Shown here: positions 56,292-64,000 of the stretch, one piece after another
Numbering within the stretch: the first letter of the stretch is position 1
How the letters are laid out: every line of letters starts with the position of its first letter
Origin: a virus
Taxonomy: Duplodnaviria; Caudoviricetes
Virus record (IMG/VR): IMGVR_UViG_3300028907_000003
Span: 21,000 to 84,999 of that record
Strand: one strand, 5' to 3'
DNA length: 64,000 nt
Made by a program: the position numbers and the translations under genes
Notes under the pieces: model-generated
Seen by the model: the letters and a program-made list of their open reading frames with translations, nothing else
Told to the model about the DNA's origin: nothing
Databases searched by the model: none

Positions 56292-56735
56292 AACTTTTTA
56301 GGTGAAAACATGTCATTTGTAATCGATGATCGCATGGTAACAAAACTTGCAGCATGGATGATTTTCTACGCGGGGGTTTTGCTCCTGAAGCATTCCGATT
56401 TCATCGGTGGAATTCTAATGGGAATTGGAATTTCAGCGTTAATTAATTTAGGATGATGTAATGAACCAAGAAGAATTTCGAATTAGACGAGAGCTTCTTC
56501 TCGAAGAGACTCGTGAAGATTTAGCAAGAGTTAAGAAAATCGATAAAAAAATCGAAAAGCTACTGAAAAAGGCTATGCGTAAACATGGGTGGTAATATGA
56601 ATCATCCAACGCGAGCATTAAGACACTTAGACGCAGCATCCAATTGCATTCATGATTTAATAGCGCTGGTATGCGCTTTAATTTATTTTGCATGTATAAT
56701 GTTCTTTCTGTTGTTGTGTCTAATGTAGAATAAGC

Positions 56736-57074
56736 TTATTTACTATAATTAATTTCGGTAATTCCAACCATTTCTATAAGCGATAAGCAGCATGGACATG
56801 GTCGAGCAAGATTGCCGTTACGCCGATAGACATATATAGAAGCACCAACTAATGCTCTACGACCATGCTTTCGAATTGCGAACTGGATTGCATCAACTTC
56901 AGCGTGTATAGAACGAATAGGATGCCCGAATTTAGATGTTTTCCGCAAATATCTATTATAGCCACGCCCAAGGATTTTTTCATTCTTATATACTATAGCA
57001 CCGAGCTTGAATTTCATGTTAGAGCGAGTGCTACATGCAATAGCAGCCGAAATTATGTTTTCACTGATTTTCAT
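56736..57074 (-). CDS. Cytidine/dCMP deaminase-family protein
   Basis: IHAEVDAI and PCPCC Zn motifs. Confidence 0.88.
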   Translation of the reverse strand: MKISENIISAAIACSTRSNMKFKLGAIVYKNEKILGRGYNRYLRKTSKFGHPIRSIHAEVDAIQFAIRKHGRRALVGASIYVYRRNGNLARPCPCCLSLIEMVGITEINYSK

Positions 57075-57160
57075 TGTGGTATGTATTTGATGCATCAGAT
57101 ATATAAGGGTTTTGATTTTGTTATCCAACCGATAGACTTAAATACCTACGAGTCCTATAT

Positions 57161-57949
57161 GTGGATGTCGTGTTTAATGCGAGGTTTGAGAAAATGGAAT
57201 TTGAAGTAAAGACAGATGCAATGGGCTACAAGGGTGTAGCCGGAGCCGTTGGAAAGTCATACGTAATGAACTCAGATGACATATATGAGTTTGTTATCAC
57301 CGGAGGAACCATAAGAAAGGATGTTGTTGTGCAGAATGATTTGATCCCCAAGAACCTACAGAATCGCCCAAAGGACCATGATTCTGGTAATGATAAGTAT
57401 CCCGCACTATCTCCAGCCGAGATTGAGGCTGTTGAGTCTATCGACCTTGGCAAGACAAAGGGTGGAGTACAGAAAAGCCCGTACTACGATGAGATTACCC
57501 TGTCTGCGGTTGAGCCTGAGTCCAACACATACTTCTTCTATGACCTGAAGTTCAGGATCTATGGTGGAGTATTCGGATTTGATATCCTGGATTTCGTGAG
57601 AAAGGTGACAGGTAAGGTCATTTCCGAGGGCGAGGGATTGTCTATTGGCGATGTCCTGCCTGTTGGAACAAAGTTTACCGCTAAGGTAACAACCAGTGGC
57701 CAGAGGCCACATATCATCATGAAGACTGTAGGCCCATCTGAGGGTGCTGCTGTATTCATGTCTCTGTCCGACGACGAGAAGGCATTGATTGGTGCTCTAA
57801 AGCCCTATGTAGGAAAGCCTATTGGTGAGATCAGGGCATATGTAGAGTCTGGATCATTCAGTAGTATCCTTGAGACAGGCGCAGCTGTCGCTGCTCTTGA
57901 AAGTCTTGAGGGAACTCCGTACTTTGAGGATGGTAAGCTCCATCTTTAA
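57161..57949 (+). CDS. Hypothetical protein with high GC3, possibly ssDNA-binding
   Basis: Own promoter; 53% GC on line 57601; precedes the AAA recombinase-like gene. Confidence 0.7.
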   Translation: MDVVFNARFEKMEFEVKTDAMGYKGVAGAVGKSYVMNSDDIYEFVITGGTIRKDVVVQNDLIPKNLQNRPKDHDSGNDKYPALSPAEIEAVESIDLGKTKGGVQKSPYYDEITLSAVEPESNTYFFYDLKFRIYGGVFGFDILDFVRKVTGKVISEGEGLSIGDVLPVGTKFTAKVTTSGQRPHIIMKTVGPSEGAAVFMSLSDDEKALIGALKPYVGKPIGEIRAYVESGSFSSILETGAAVAALESLEGTPYFEDGKLHL

Positions 57950-57971
57950 ACTCATTTTTGAAGGATGAATT

Positions 57972-58721
57972 ATGGCAGAAGTTGTAAGAATGCCCTGTAG
58001 ATGGGGTATATGTGGTGAGCCAAAAGCTGGAAAATCGCATTGGGGAGCCAGTACGGTTAAAAAGTTTGATGGCGTGGTAATGGATTTTGCAGGAATTACT
58101 CAAACCAAGCCAGAACAGCGAGCTAAAGCACAATATTGGGTTAGTGATGCTCAGTATGGTGATGCTTATTACTCCTGTCAGTCTGTTGGATTGGATCTCA
58201 CTAAACAGTACCGATATATCAGATCCTGGAAGGAGTTCTTGGATGCAGTTGAGTATCTGAAGAAATATCCAACAACGAAAGAGAATAAGCGTATTTGGAT
58301 GATCATCGATGATACCTTCATGTGGAGGTTCCATTGTGCAATTTATGTCCAGGAGCAAGCGGGACATGCCGCTATTGCACAGGATGATTGGATCCAGGCC
58401 GGTACTATCATGAATGGTATTGCTAGGTTCTTGGAGTCCAAGTTCAATCTGATGTTCATCAATCAGATGAAGGATGAGTGGGTTGGAGGAGCATCAACCG
58501 GTAAGTTTACACCAGCTTGGTATCCAACTAATCAGCCATACGCATTTGATCTGCTGACACAATTAACCGTGGATAAAACCGTACAGCCCTACGTACAGCA
58601 TATGGAAGTCATAGCCAACAGATGGAATTGGTCTTGTACTGATGCGTTTATATCAGATATCATTAACCCGAATCCCGAATTGGTTATGAATCTATGTAAA
58701 GTTCCAGTTGAGCTTAGATAA
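57972..58721 (+). CDS. AAA_24/Sak4-like P-loop ATPase
   Basis: GEPKAGKS, MIIDDT, LMFINQMK. Confidence 0.75.
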   Translation: MAEVVRMPCRWGICGEPKAGKSHWGASTVKKFDGVVMDFAGITQTKPEQRAKAQYWVSDAQYGDAYYSCQSVGLDLTKQYRYIRSWKEFLDAVEYLKKYPTTKENKRIWMIIDDTFMWRFHCAIYVQEQAGHAAIAQDDWIQAGTIMNGIARFLESKFNLMFINQMKDEWVGGASTGKFTPAWYPTNQPYAFDLLTQLTVDKTVQPYVQHMEVIANRWNWSCTDAFISDIINPNPELVMNLCKVPVELR

Positions 58722-58733
58722 GCTCAACTTTTT
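58707..58733 (+). terminator. Hairpin plus T5
   Basis: GTTGAGCTTA-GA-TAAGCTCAAC perfect 10-bp inverted repeat followed by TTTTT. Confidence 0.6.
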
Positions 58734-58744
58734 GAGGTGATCGT

Positions 58745-59167
58745 ATGAATATTCGAGTTTGCCGTGATGGTGAAATACTATATGTACCGATTCAAGAATG
58801 CACTGAAATTGAGATTCGGGCATTCTGCCATGAAATGCATCCAGATACAATATGTGGCTTATTGCTTGACCTAGTTGCCGCTATCCCAAAAACTGATTAT
58901 GAACAAATTGGGCAGAAAATTGGTAAGCTAGTAAGCGGTAAGCAAAAATGTTATGGTGATTCCTTTGGAAATGCTGGTAAAATAATGGAAATCTTGTATC
59001 CGGATGGTGTGAAACCTGAGCAACTAGAATCCGCTCTTACTGTGATTCGGGTGGTGGATAAGTTATTCCGTATCGCGAATGGTGATCAAGGCGATGAATC
59101 TGCATGGAGTGACATTTGCGGGTATTCGATCCTGGAGTTGAGAAAGGGTGCTAGAGAAACTCGGTGA
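58745..59167 (+). CDS. DUF1599/nucleotide-modification-associated-domain-like helical protein
   Basis: KQ..YGDSF...R..DKL.RIA...ESAWSDICGY. Confidence 0.7.
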   Translation: MNIRVCRDGEILYVPIQECTEIEIRAFCHEMHPDTICGLLLDLVAAIPKTDYEQIGQKIGKLVSGKQKCYGDSFGNAGKIMEILYPDGVKPEQLESALTVIRVVDKLFRIANGDQGDESAWSDICGYSILELRKGARETR

Positions 59168-59295
59168 GATTATCGGGTTTTTTCTAACTTTTGCGCCGAT
59201 TGTAATAATTGGAATTAGTATAGTGTATACCGTGTATTATATGCTATGGAGCTATCTAAAGAAATGATTGATAGAAATCTATTTATACCATAAGA

Positions 59296-59823
59296 TTGCT
59301 ATATGTTAGTATGAAGCGCACCAAGCAGGATGTTTGCTCCGTTCATGGTGAAACTACATTTTTTGCCCAAATCCGATCTACGCGAAATGGCATTTCGGCT
59401 AAATGGGAGTGTGTTTTATGCCGTGAGTCTATCAGACAAGCTCGCAGGGAAGCTGCTGAACAACGCAAACTAAAATCCGTTCCGAAAACATGTGAAATAT
59501 GTGGATTAACACTTTACAGAGCGGTGTTTATATACGAAAATACAACATGTTGCCGAAAGTGTTACCTGGATAAAAAGGCAAATGAGCAACGCAGTCAAAA
59601 ACATGAACGACGCGACCAACTGAAAAAGGATCTCGCTGAGAAACGCGCTACGATCCTTCATTGTTCATATGGTGTGTGTGAACATCTTGCTCTACACCAC
59701 GAGACACTTAAGGATGATCCTGAACGGCTATCAACGGACTTTATGCTTGGACTCATTTGTGGTAATGAAGCTAAAACACGGTATCAAAAAAATAAAATGG
59801 AGATAAATCATGCTAGTAGTTAA
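59296..59823 (+). CDS. Multi-Zn-finger basic protein
   Basis: CSVH, CVLC, CEIC, CRKC and C-terminal C..L..HH motif. Confidence 0.65.
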   Translation: MLYVSMKRTKQDVCSVHGETTFFAQIRSTRNGISAKWECVLCRESIRQARREAAEQRKLKSVPKTCEICGLTLYRAVFIYENTTCCRKCYLDKKANEQRSQKHERRDQLKKDLAEKRATILHCSYGVCEHLALHHETLKDDPERLSTDFMLGLICGNEAKTRYQKNKMEINHASS

Positions 59824-60322
59824 TATGTTCGCTGGCCCAGGAAAAGGAAAATCAGTAATGTCTGCTGAAGTATTCGCGTTGTTAAAAAAGCGGGGTATTA
59901 ATTGCGAATTGATACAAGAATATGCAAAATCTCGCATTTGGGAAGAAAGTTTCAGAACACTAGATGATCAGATCTATGTATTCGGTAAGCAATCACACAA
60001 ACAATGGCAATGTGATGGAAAGGTTGATGTAATAGTAACAGACTCGCCGTTGTTGTTATCGATCATATATGATAAATCTAAGACAGAGTTACTGGCCGAC
60101 TTGGTTATGCATGTATTTGACCAATATGATAATCTCAATATAATGTTAGATTATTCATTTGATGGATACGAAACTGTTGGCCGAATGCAAAATAAGCACG
60201 AATCAGATAGCATCCATGAGGACATTCGTAATCTTTTGGATGAAGAACTATATGAATATTACAATTTAACTAAACCAGATGCCACAAAAATTGTAGAATG
60301 GGTATTAATGAGGTTGAAGTAA
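59810..60322 (+). CDS. P-loop NTPase/kinase (AAA_28/NadR-like)
   Basis: AGPGKGKS, EYAK, VTDSPLL, GRMQ. Confidence 0.8.
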   Translation: MLVVNMFAGPGKGKSVMSAEVFALLKKRGINCELIQEYAKSRIWEESFRTLDDQIYVFGKQSHKQWQCDGKVDVIVTDSPLLLSIIYDKSKTELLADLVMHVFDQYDNLNIMLDYSFDGYETVGRMQNKHESDSIHEDIRNLLDEELYEYYNLTKPDATKIVEWVLMRLK

Positions 60323-60539
60323 ATGGCGTATGAATGGCTTATTGCACATGCAATATTGGTATATTTAGTATACCGAGATATAGAATATCGTGACATGAAT
60401 GGAACTCTTTGATTAGCATTGGTTATATTAGCACCGGTACTTGGAGTAATTCTGTACTTGATATTCAGAAAACCGAGGCAGACTTAAATGATTGACTTAG
60501 TGTTGATTGCAATGATCGCATTCACAACTGGTTATCTAC

Positions 60540-61277
60540 TTGGTAGAGGTTAAATCGATGTTTCACGTACAGCTTGATAACAATGAAAAAATCCATGGTA
60601 GAGCAGAATCACTTAAAGCTGCTCTACCTAGTGATTTTATTTTTGATGGTTTCGCTGATTTACCATGCGATATGGTAATCGAAGATATTGATCCTTGTGG
60701 AGATGACGTTGCTACCCACCACCCAGTATATGTGGAGTTAAAGCTTATTCCGGATCTATGGACCAGTAAAAATAGCGGGCATCTTGGTGAACAAATTGGA
60801 AAAATGACTCAAATGGGATTTCCGGGATTTGTTGCCGTTTTTGGATCAGTGGATGAAGTATTAGCGGCAACTCCAGAATTTTCATTTGTCAGTGGAAGAA
60901 AGAAATATCGCGATTGGAAAACAAAGGCTATTGATATGGATACTCTCCGAGCATTATCCGGAGATGCAAAAGGATGTAATGTTCCGATTCATTATTTTAG
61001 CAAGAACGAAGTAATAACTTTTAAATTTATATTTTCGTATGCTAGAAATATAATAAATGGTCCTGATATTTATCAGTGGTTGCCACATGCTGATTCTAGG
61101 TATGCAGCTAAATCAATGCTTTGTATGATTCCTGGTATTAAAAATACCATAGCAACTACACTACTTGATACCTTCGGCAGTGTAAGTAATATTGCTAATC
61201 AGTCAGTTGAAGAGCTACAGAAAATCAGGGGAATAGGACCATCAAAAGCCAAGAAAATATGCGAAAGCTTTAAATAG
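60540..61277 (+). CDS. ERCC4/XPF-family structure-specific nuclease with HhH2
   Basis: CD..IE...VELK...DL..S...HL.EQ; IPGI and IRGIGPSKAKKI hairpins. Confidence 0.8.
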   Translation: MVEVKSMFHVQLDNNEKIHGRAESLKAALPSDFIFDGFADLPCDMVIEDIDPCGDDVATHHPVYVELKLIPDLWTSKNSGHLGEQIGKMTQMGFPGFVAVFGSVDEVLAATPEFSFVSGRKKYRDWKTKAIDMDTLRALSGDAKGCNVPIHYFSKNEVITFKFIFSYARNIINGPDIYQWLPHADSRYAAKSMLCMIPGIKNTIATTLLDTFGSVSNIANQSVEELQKIRGIGPSKAKKICESFK

Positions 61278-61364
61278 TATTAATGTGTATATATAGATGC
61301 TGTGTTAGGCGTTTGAGCTAGACTAGGTTTAAAGCGCTTACACAGCCCCTAATGGTGATAAAAT

Positions 61365-61664
61365 ATGACAGAGGATAATAAGAAGAGATATAAGTTTGTG
61401 TCTCCGGTAGATAATGAAGAGCATGTAGTTACCGGGAAGCAACCAAGACAGGCCGCTTTGAAGGCGGCAACGATGATGCCAGCCGATGGAACCGAATATG
61501 TAATTGTGCTGACTGAAAAGAGTCGAGTTAGAGCAAAGCGGAGAAATTTCCAATACAGGATCTCTTGTAGTATGCAAGCCAAGCCCGCGAAGGCTCCCAA
61601 CTGGCTACCGAATCAGATCCGAGTAGGAAAAGCGAAGTCTCTAGGAGTAATCAAGGGTGACTAA
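61365..61664 (+). CDS. mc1: MC1-like non-histone chromosomal protein
   Basis: EHVVTGKQPRQAALKAA and P.W.P.I match Methanosarcina MC1. Confidence 0.88.
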   Translation: MTEDNKKRYKFVSPVDNEEHVVTGKQPRQAALKAATMMPADGTEYVIVLTEKSRVRAKRRNFQYRISCSMQAKPAKAPNWLPNQIRVGKAKSLGVIKGD

Positions 61665-61929
61665 AAAGGTAAATGCGAAGCCGAAAGGTTTATCGCATAC
61701 CATTTACGAACAAAAACAGGCTCAGGTTGAACAGGATATCCGCATAACTTGCGCAGTGCAAGAGTGCTATGATATGCTGGAACAGGGCAGACCTCATACA
61801 CCCGCTGAATTGTTCGCAGTAGCTATTATGTCTACTTATCAAATAAAGCAATTATATAATAATGTTGAAGTGGATATTCGCTGTCGTGATAATAAATTCG
61901 CGATATTCCCAAGACTTAAAACTGAATAA
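61657..61929 (+). CDS. Hypothetical protein
   Basis: Overlap-coupled to mc1. Confidence 0.6.
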   Translation: MTKKVNAKPKGLSHTIYEQKQAQVEQDIRITCAVQECYDMLEQGRPHTPAELFAVAIMSTYQIKQLYNNVEVDIRCRDNKFAIFPRLKTE

Positions 61930-62302
61930 CCACCGCACTTTTTTCGTCGCTTATTTGAACGTGTTGTAATTCCTCGTTCTCGATTGTGAATTTCACTTCA
62001 ATAAGTTCTCCCATTTTTGATATTAAATGTATACCGGGGGCGTTTATTAAAATATATGGATTTATATGTGAATCGTTTTTTACAATTCCAGATACTTCAG
62101 CGTCGGTATATAACGATATCGCTGGAGAGCCAGGAAACGTATTATATTCACTTTGAAACACTATTATGTTCTCGCGCACAGATGGTATTAGTCTAACAAA
62201 ACCAGCTGACTTATGAGCATCTAAAACCCGCAGAAGCTCATCCTTGGTTATCTCAAAAAACTCTATCATCACTATAACCAAGCGAAACCTTTTTATGCTC
62301 AT
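61916..62302 (-). CDS. Hypothetical alpha/beta protein
   Basis: 128-aa ORF, isolated on the minus strand. Confidence 0.6.
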   Translation of the reverse strand: MSIKRFRLVIVMIEFFEITKDELLRVLDAHKSAGFVRLIPSVRENIIVFQSEYNTFPGSPAISLYTDAEVSGIVKNDSHINPYILINAPGIHLISKMGELIEVKFTIENEELQHVQISDEKSAVVIQF

Positions 62303-62319
62303 ATGTTGTATAGTAGTTC

Positions 62320-62520
62320 ATGGCAAAAGAATTAAAACGCATAACAATCATAACTGATGTCGCTGGTTTAACGGAATTAAAAAAACAACATCAGCTAGAC
62401 TCTATCAATGCAGAATACCTACCCGAAGAATTTCGTACTCTCGATGAACATGAAATAATCGAATTACAGGTAATTGCTATTGACGGTAATAAAAAACAAT
62501 GTGAAATTGTGTACAGGTGA
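62320..62520 (+). CDS. Hypothetical protein
   Basis: 66-aa ORF. Confidence 0.55.
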   Translation: MAKELKRITIITDVAGLTELKKQHQLDSINAEYLPEEFRTLDEHEIIELQVIAIDGNKKQCEIVYR

Positions 62521-62526
62521 GTAAAC

Positions 62527-63243
62527 ATGAGAAATTATATTGTCACGCTGATATGTGTGATGTTGGCCACATGCTTTACAGCTGTTGGTGAAACTTACCA
62601 GACCGATCTGGTAACTGGAATGAATTCGATTACTACCACGTATGATGATCAACCATCATTTGGCCTTGCTGCTGCTCTGGGTGGCGGATTTAGTGGTGGA
62701 GCCAGAGGAGGTTCTTTCAGTAGTAGTGGAGCCAGAAGTTCTTCATCTTCGTTTGGATCAAGATCTGTATCGTCATCTAGTCCGTCGATGTCCAGAAGTT
62801 CCGTGTATGGTAGTGTTCCATCAACAGGTTCAAAGAGCGCAGTATTTGGAACCAGTAAGCCGCTTTCCGTATCCAATACAAATGGTAGAAATGTTATTGC
62901 TGGATCATATAAGACCAAGCCATATGTAGCCGGTACGAATAAGATCACGGCAAGTACTCCAAAAACATACTTCCCAAATAAGTATAAGTATCATGGTAAA
63001 GAATATCACCATGTGTATTATGGATCCGGATTCGACTTCAATACGCTTCTACTGATGGGCTTTATCATGTCCCACGATGATAATGGAAATCCTGTTTATA
63101 TCAATGAAGCAACTGGTGAAGTTGTCACACAGGAAGATGTAGAACCCGTTGAAGAAGGCCCTGGATTCGAAAGCATATTTGCTATCACTGGTTTACTCGC
63201 GGTGGCATATCTTTTTGCAGTTTGTTTAAAAAGTACTTGGTAG
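62527..63243 (+). CDS. Secreted Ser/Gly-rich protein with PGF-CTERM-like sorting signal
   Basis: Signal peptide; GGGFSGG..SSSS tract; C-terminal EEGPGFESIFAITGLLAVAYL. Confidence 0.8.
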   Translation: MRNYIVTLICVMLATCFTAVGETYQTDLVTGMNSITTTYDDQPSFGLAAALGGGFSGGARGGSFSSSGARSSSSSFGSRSVSSSSPSMSRSSVYGSVPSTGSKSAVFGTSKPLSVSNTNGRNVIAGSYKTKPYVAGTNKITASTPKTYFPNKYKYHGKEYHHVYYGSGFDFNTLLLMGFIMSHDDNGNPVYINEATGEVVTQEDVEPVEEGPGFESIFAITGLLAVAYLFAVCLKSTW

Positions 63244-63545
63244 GAGGGATTAGCTTCTCCTTATTAAATCTTTTTAGAAAACACCGTTATGAGCCAAAGC
63301 ATAATGATGTTATAGATAATGTGTGGATAGAACAAGACGGTGAGTGGACTATTTTTCAAAGTGATTTAAATCGATGGATTGATGACCACGGTGTTATAGC
63401 ATGCCCTGTATGCGGAAGCACCCGCGATGATGATACTGCAATGATCGATGTTCACAGAGACAGCAATATTATTCGATGTAAATGTGGTGATTGTAAGACC
63501 AAGCTATGTATTATTGTTGACGCACCACGCAGTGATGATGTGTAA
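63222..63545 (+). CDS. Zn-ribbon protein (start uncertain)
   Basis: CPVCGS...CKCGDC. Confidence 0.55.
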   Translation: MFKKYLVGGISFSLLNLFRKHRYEPKHNDVIDNVWIEQDGEWTIFQSDLNRWIDDHGVIACPVCGSTRDDDTAMIDVHRDSNIIRCKCGDCKTKLCIIVDAPRSDDV

Positions 63546-63628
63546 TTATATATTTACCTCTTATTTTAAACTTTTTTCACTTGCTTTGAGTAATCCATCG
63601 AAGCTACGAAAAAAATGTCTCTATGAGC

Positions 63629-63865
63629 CTATAACGAGGCATTATTCAGATCATCGAGGCTCAGAGCTAAACATTCAGCTAATTCCGGAGCATTGACTAC
63701 CAATTTCAAGATTAAGTTTTCAGTGAGAGTCCTAATATATGGCGTATTTGGTCTACGCCCATCCAGCACTTCATTTACAATCTCACACATAACCTGAAAA
63801 CGAAGTTGATAGTTCTTTGGATTCATCTTAAATTCATGATCAGTCCAAAGAGGTTCATGGGTCAT
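63629..63865 (-). CDS. Hypothetical protein
   Basis: 78-aa ORF overlapping an upstream minus-strand ORF near the window end. Confidence 0.55.
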   Translation of the reverse strand: MTHEPLWTDHEFKMNPKNYQLRFQVMCEIVNEVLDGRRPNTPYIRTLTENLILKLVVNAPELAECLALSLDDLNNASL

Positions 63866-64000
63866 CTATATCCCGCCACTTCCTCAACCACAGGTTCTTC
63901 TGGGACAGGTTCTGGTTCATCGGGCGCTGCTCGGAAGTCTTTTGCCCTTGCAATACATGCCTGTAACATTGAGTCAAATTCAGTGTATCCCATCCATGGT

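Noticed and set aside
1-64000. Borg-type element or integrated provirus boundary
   Set aside because: No perfect tandem direct-repeat arrays, integrase, att-like repeat or host housekeeping block seen; element class cannot be settled without the rest of the genome

Overview
A 64-kb slice of a large archaeal dsDNA virus or virus-like element, most likely infecting a Methanosarcinales/Methanotrichales-type methanogen. The host is inferred from archaeal BRE-TATA promoters, GGAG/GGTGA RBSs, an MC1 chromatin protein, a PGF-CTERM protein, a QCCAY-type NrdD, an archaeal PolB with a PIP box and a PAN ATPase. No terminase, portal, full-length capsid, tail or integrase gene and no CRISPR array were recognised. 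Left end: tRNA-Ser(GCT), a proteasome-beta/HslV-like protease, RtcB and PAN. About 7.7-15.2 kb: a low-GC island of small genes behind repeated promoter cassettes. About 15.5-29 kb: small hypothetical genes and paralog families. About 29-62 kb: replication, nucleotide-metabolism and RNA-repair genes, including an SF3 helicase, PolB and NrdD carrying four inteins, an RNA ligase, Pth2, a C5-methyltransferase with a nested second-frame subunit, ThyA, a deaminase, two radical SAM enzymes and an ERCC4 nuclease. The best candidates for new biology are: a stand-alone GGDEF-like cyclase with an altered base-specificity residue; a truncated, E-loop-less encapsulin/HK97-fold protein coupled to nrdD; a PAN plus alpha-less beta-type protease pair; a splicease-like radical SAM enzyme with YG motifs in its own tail; and several repeated regulatory cassettes. 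All family calls are motif recognition by eye; no database search was run.
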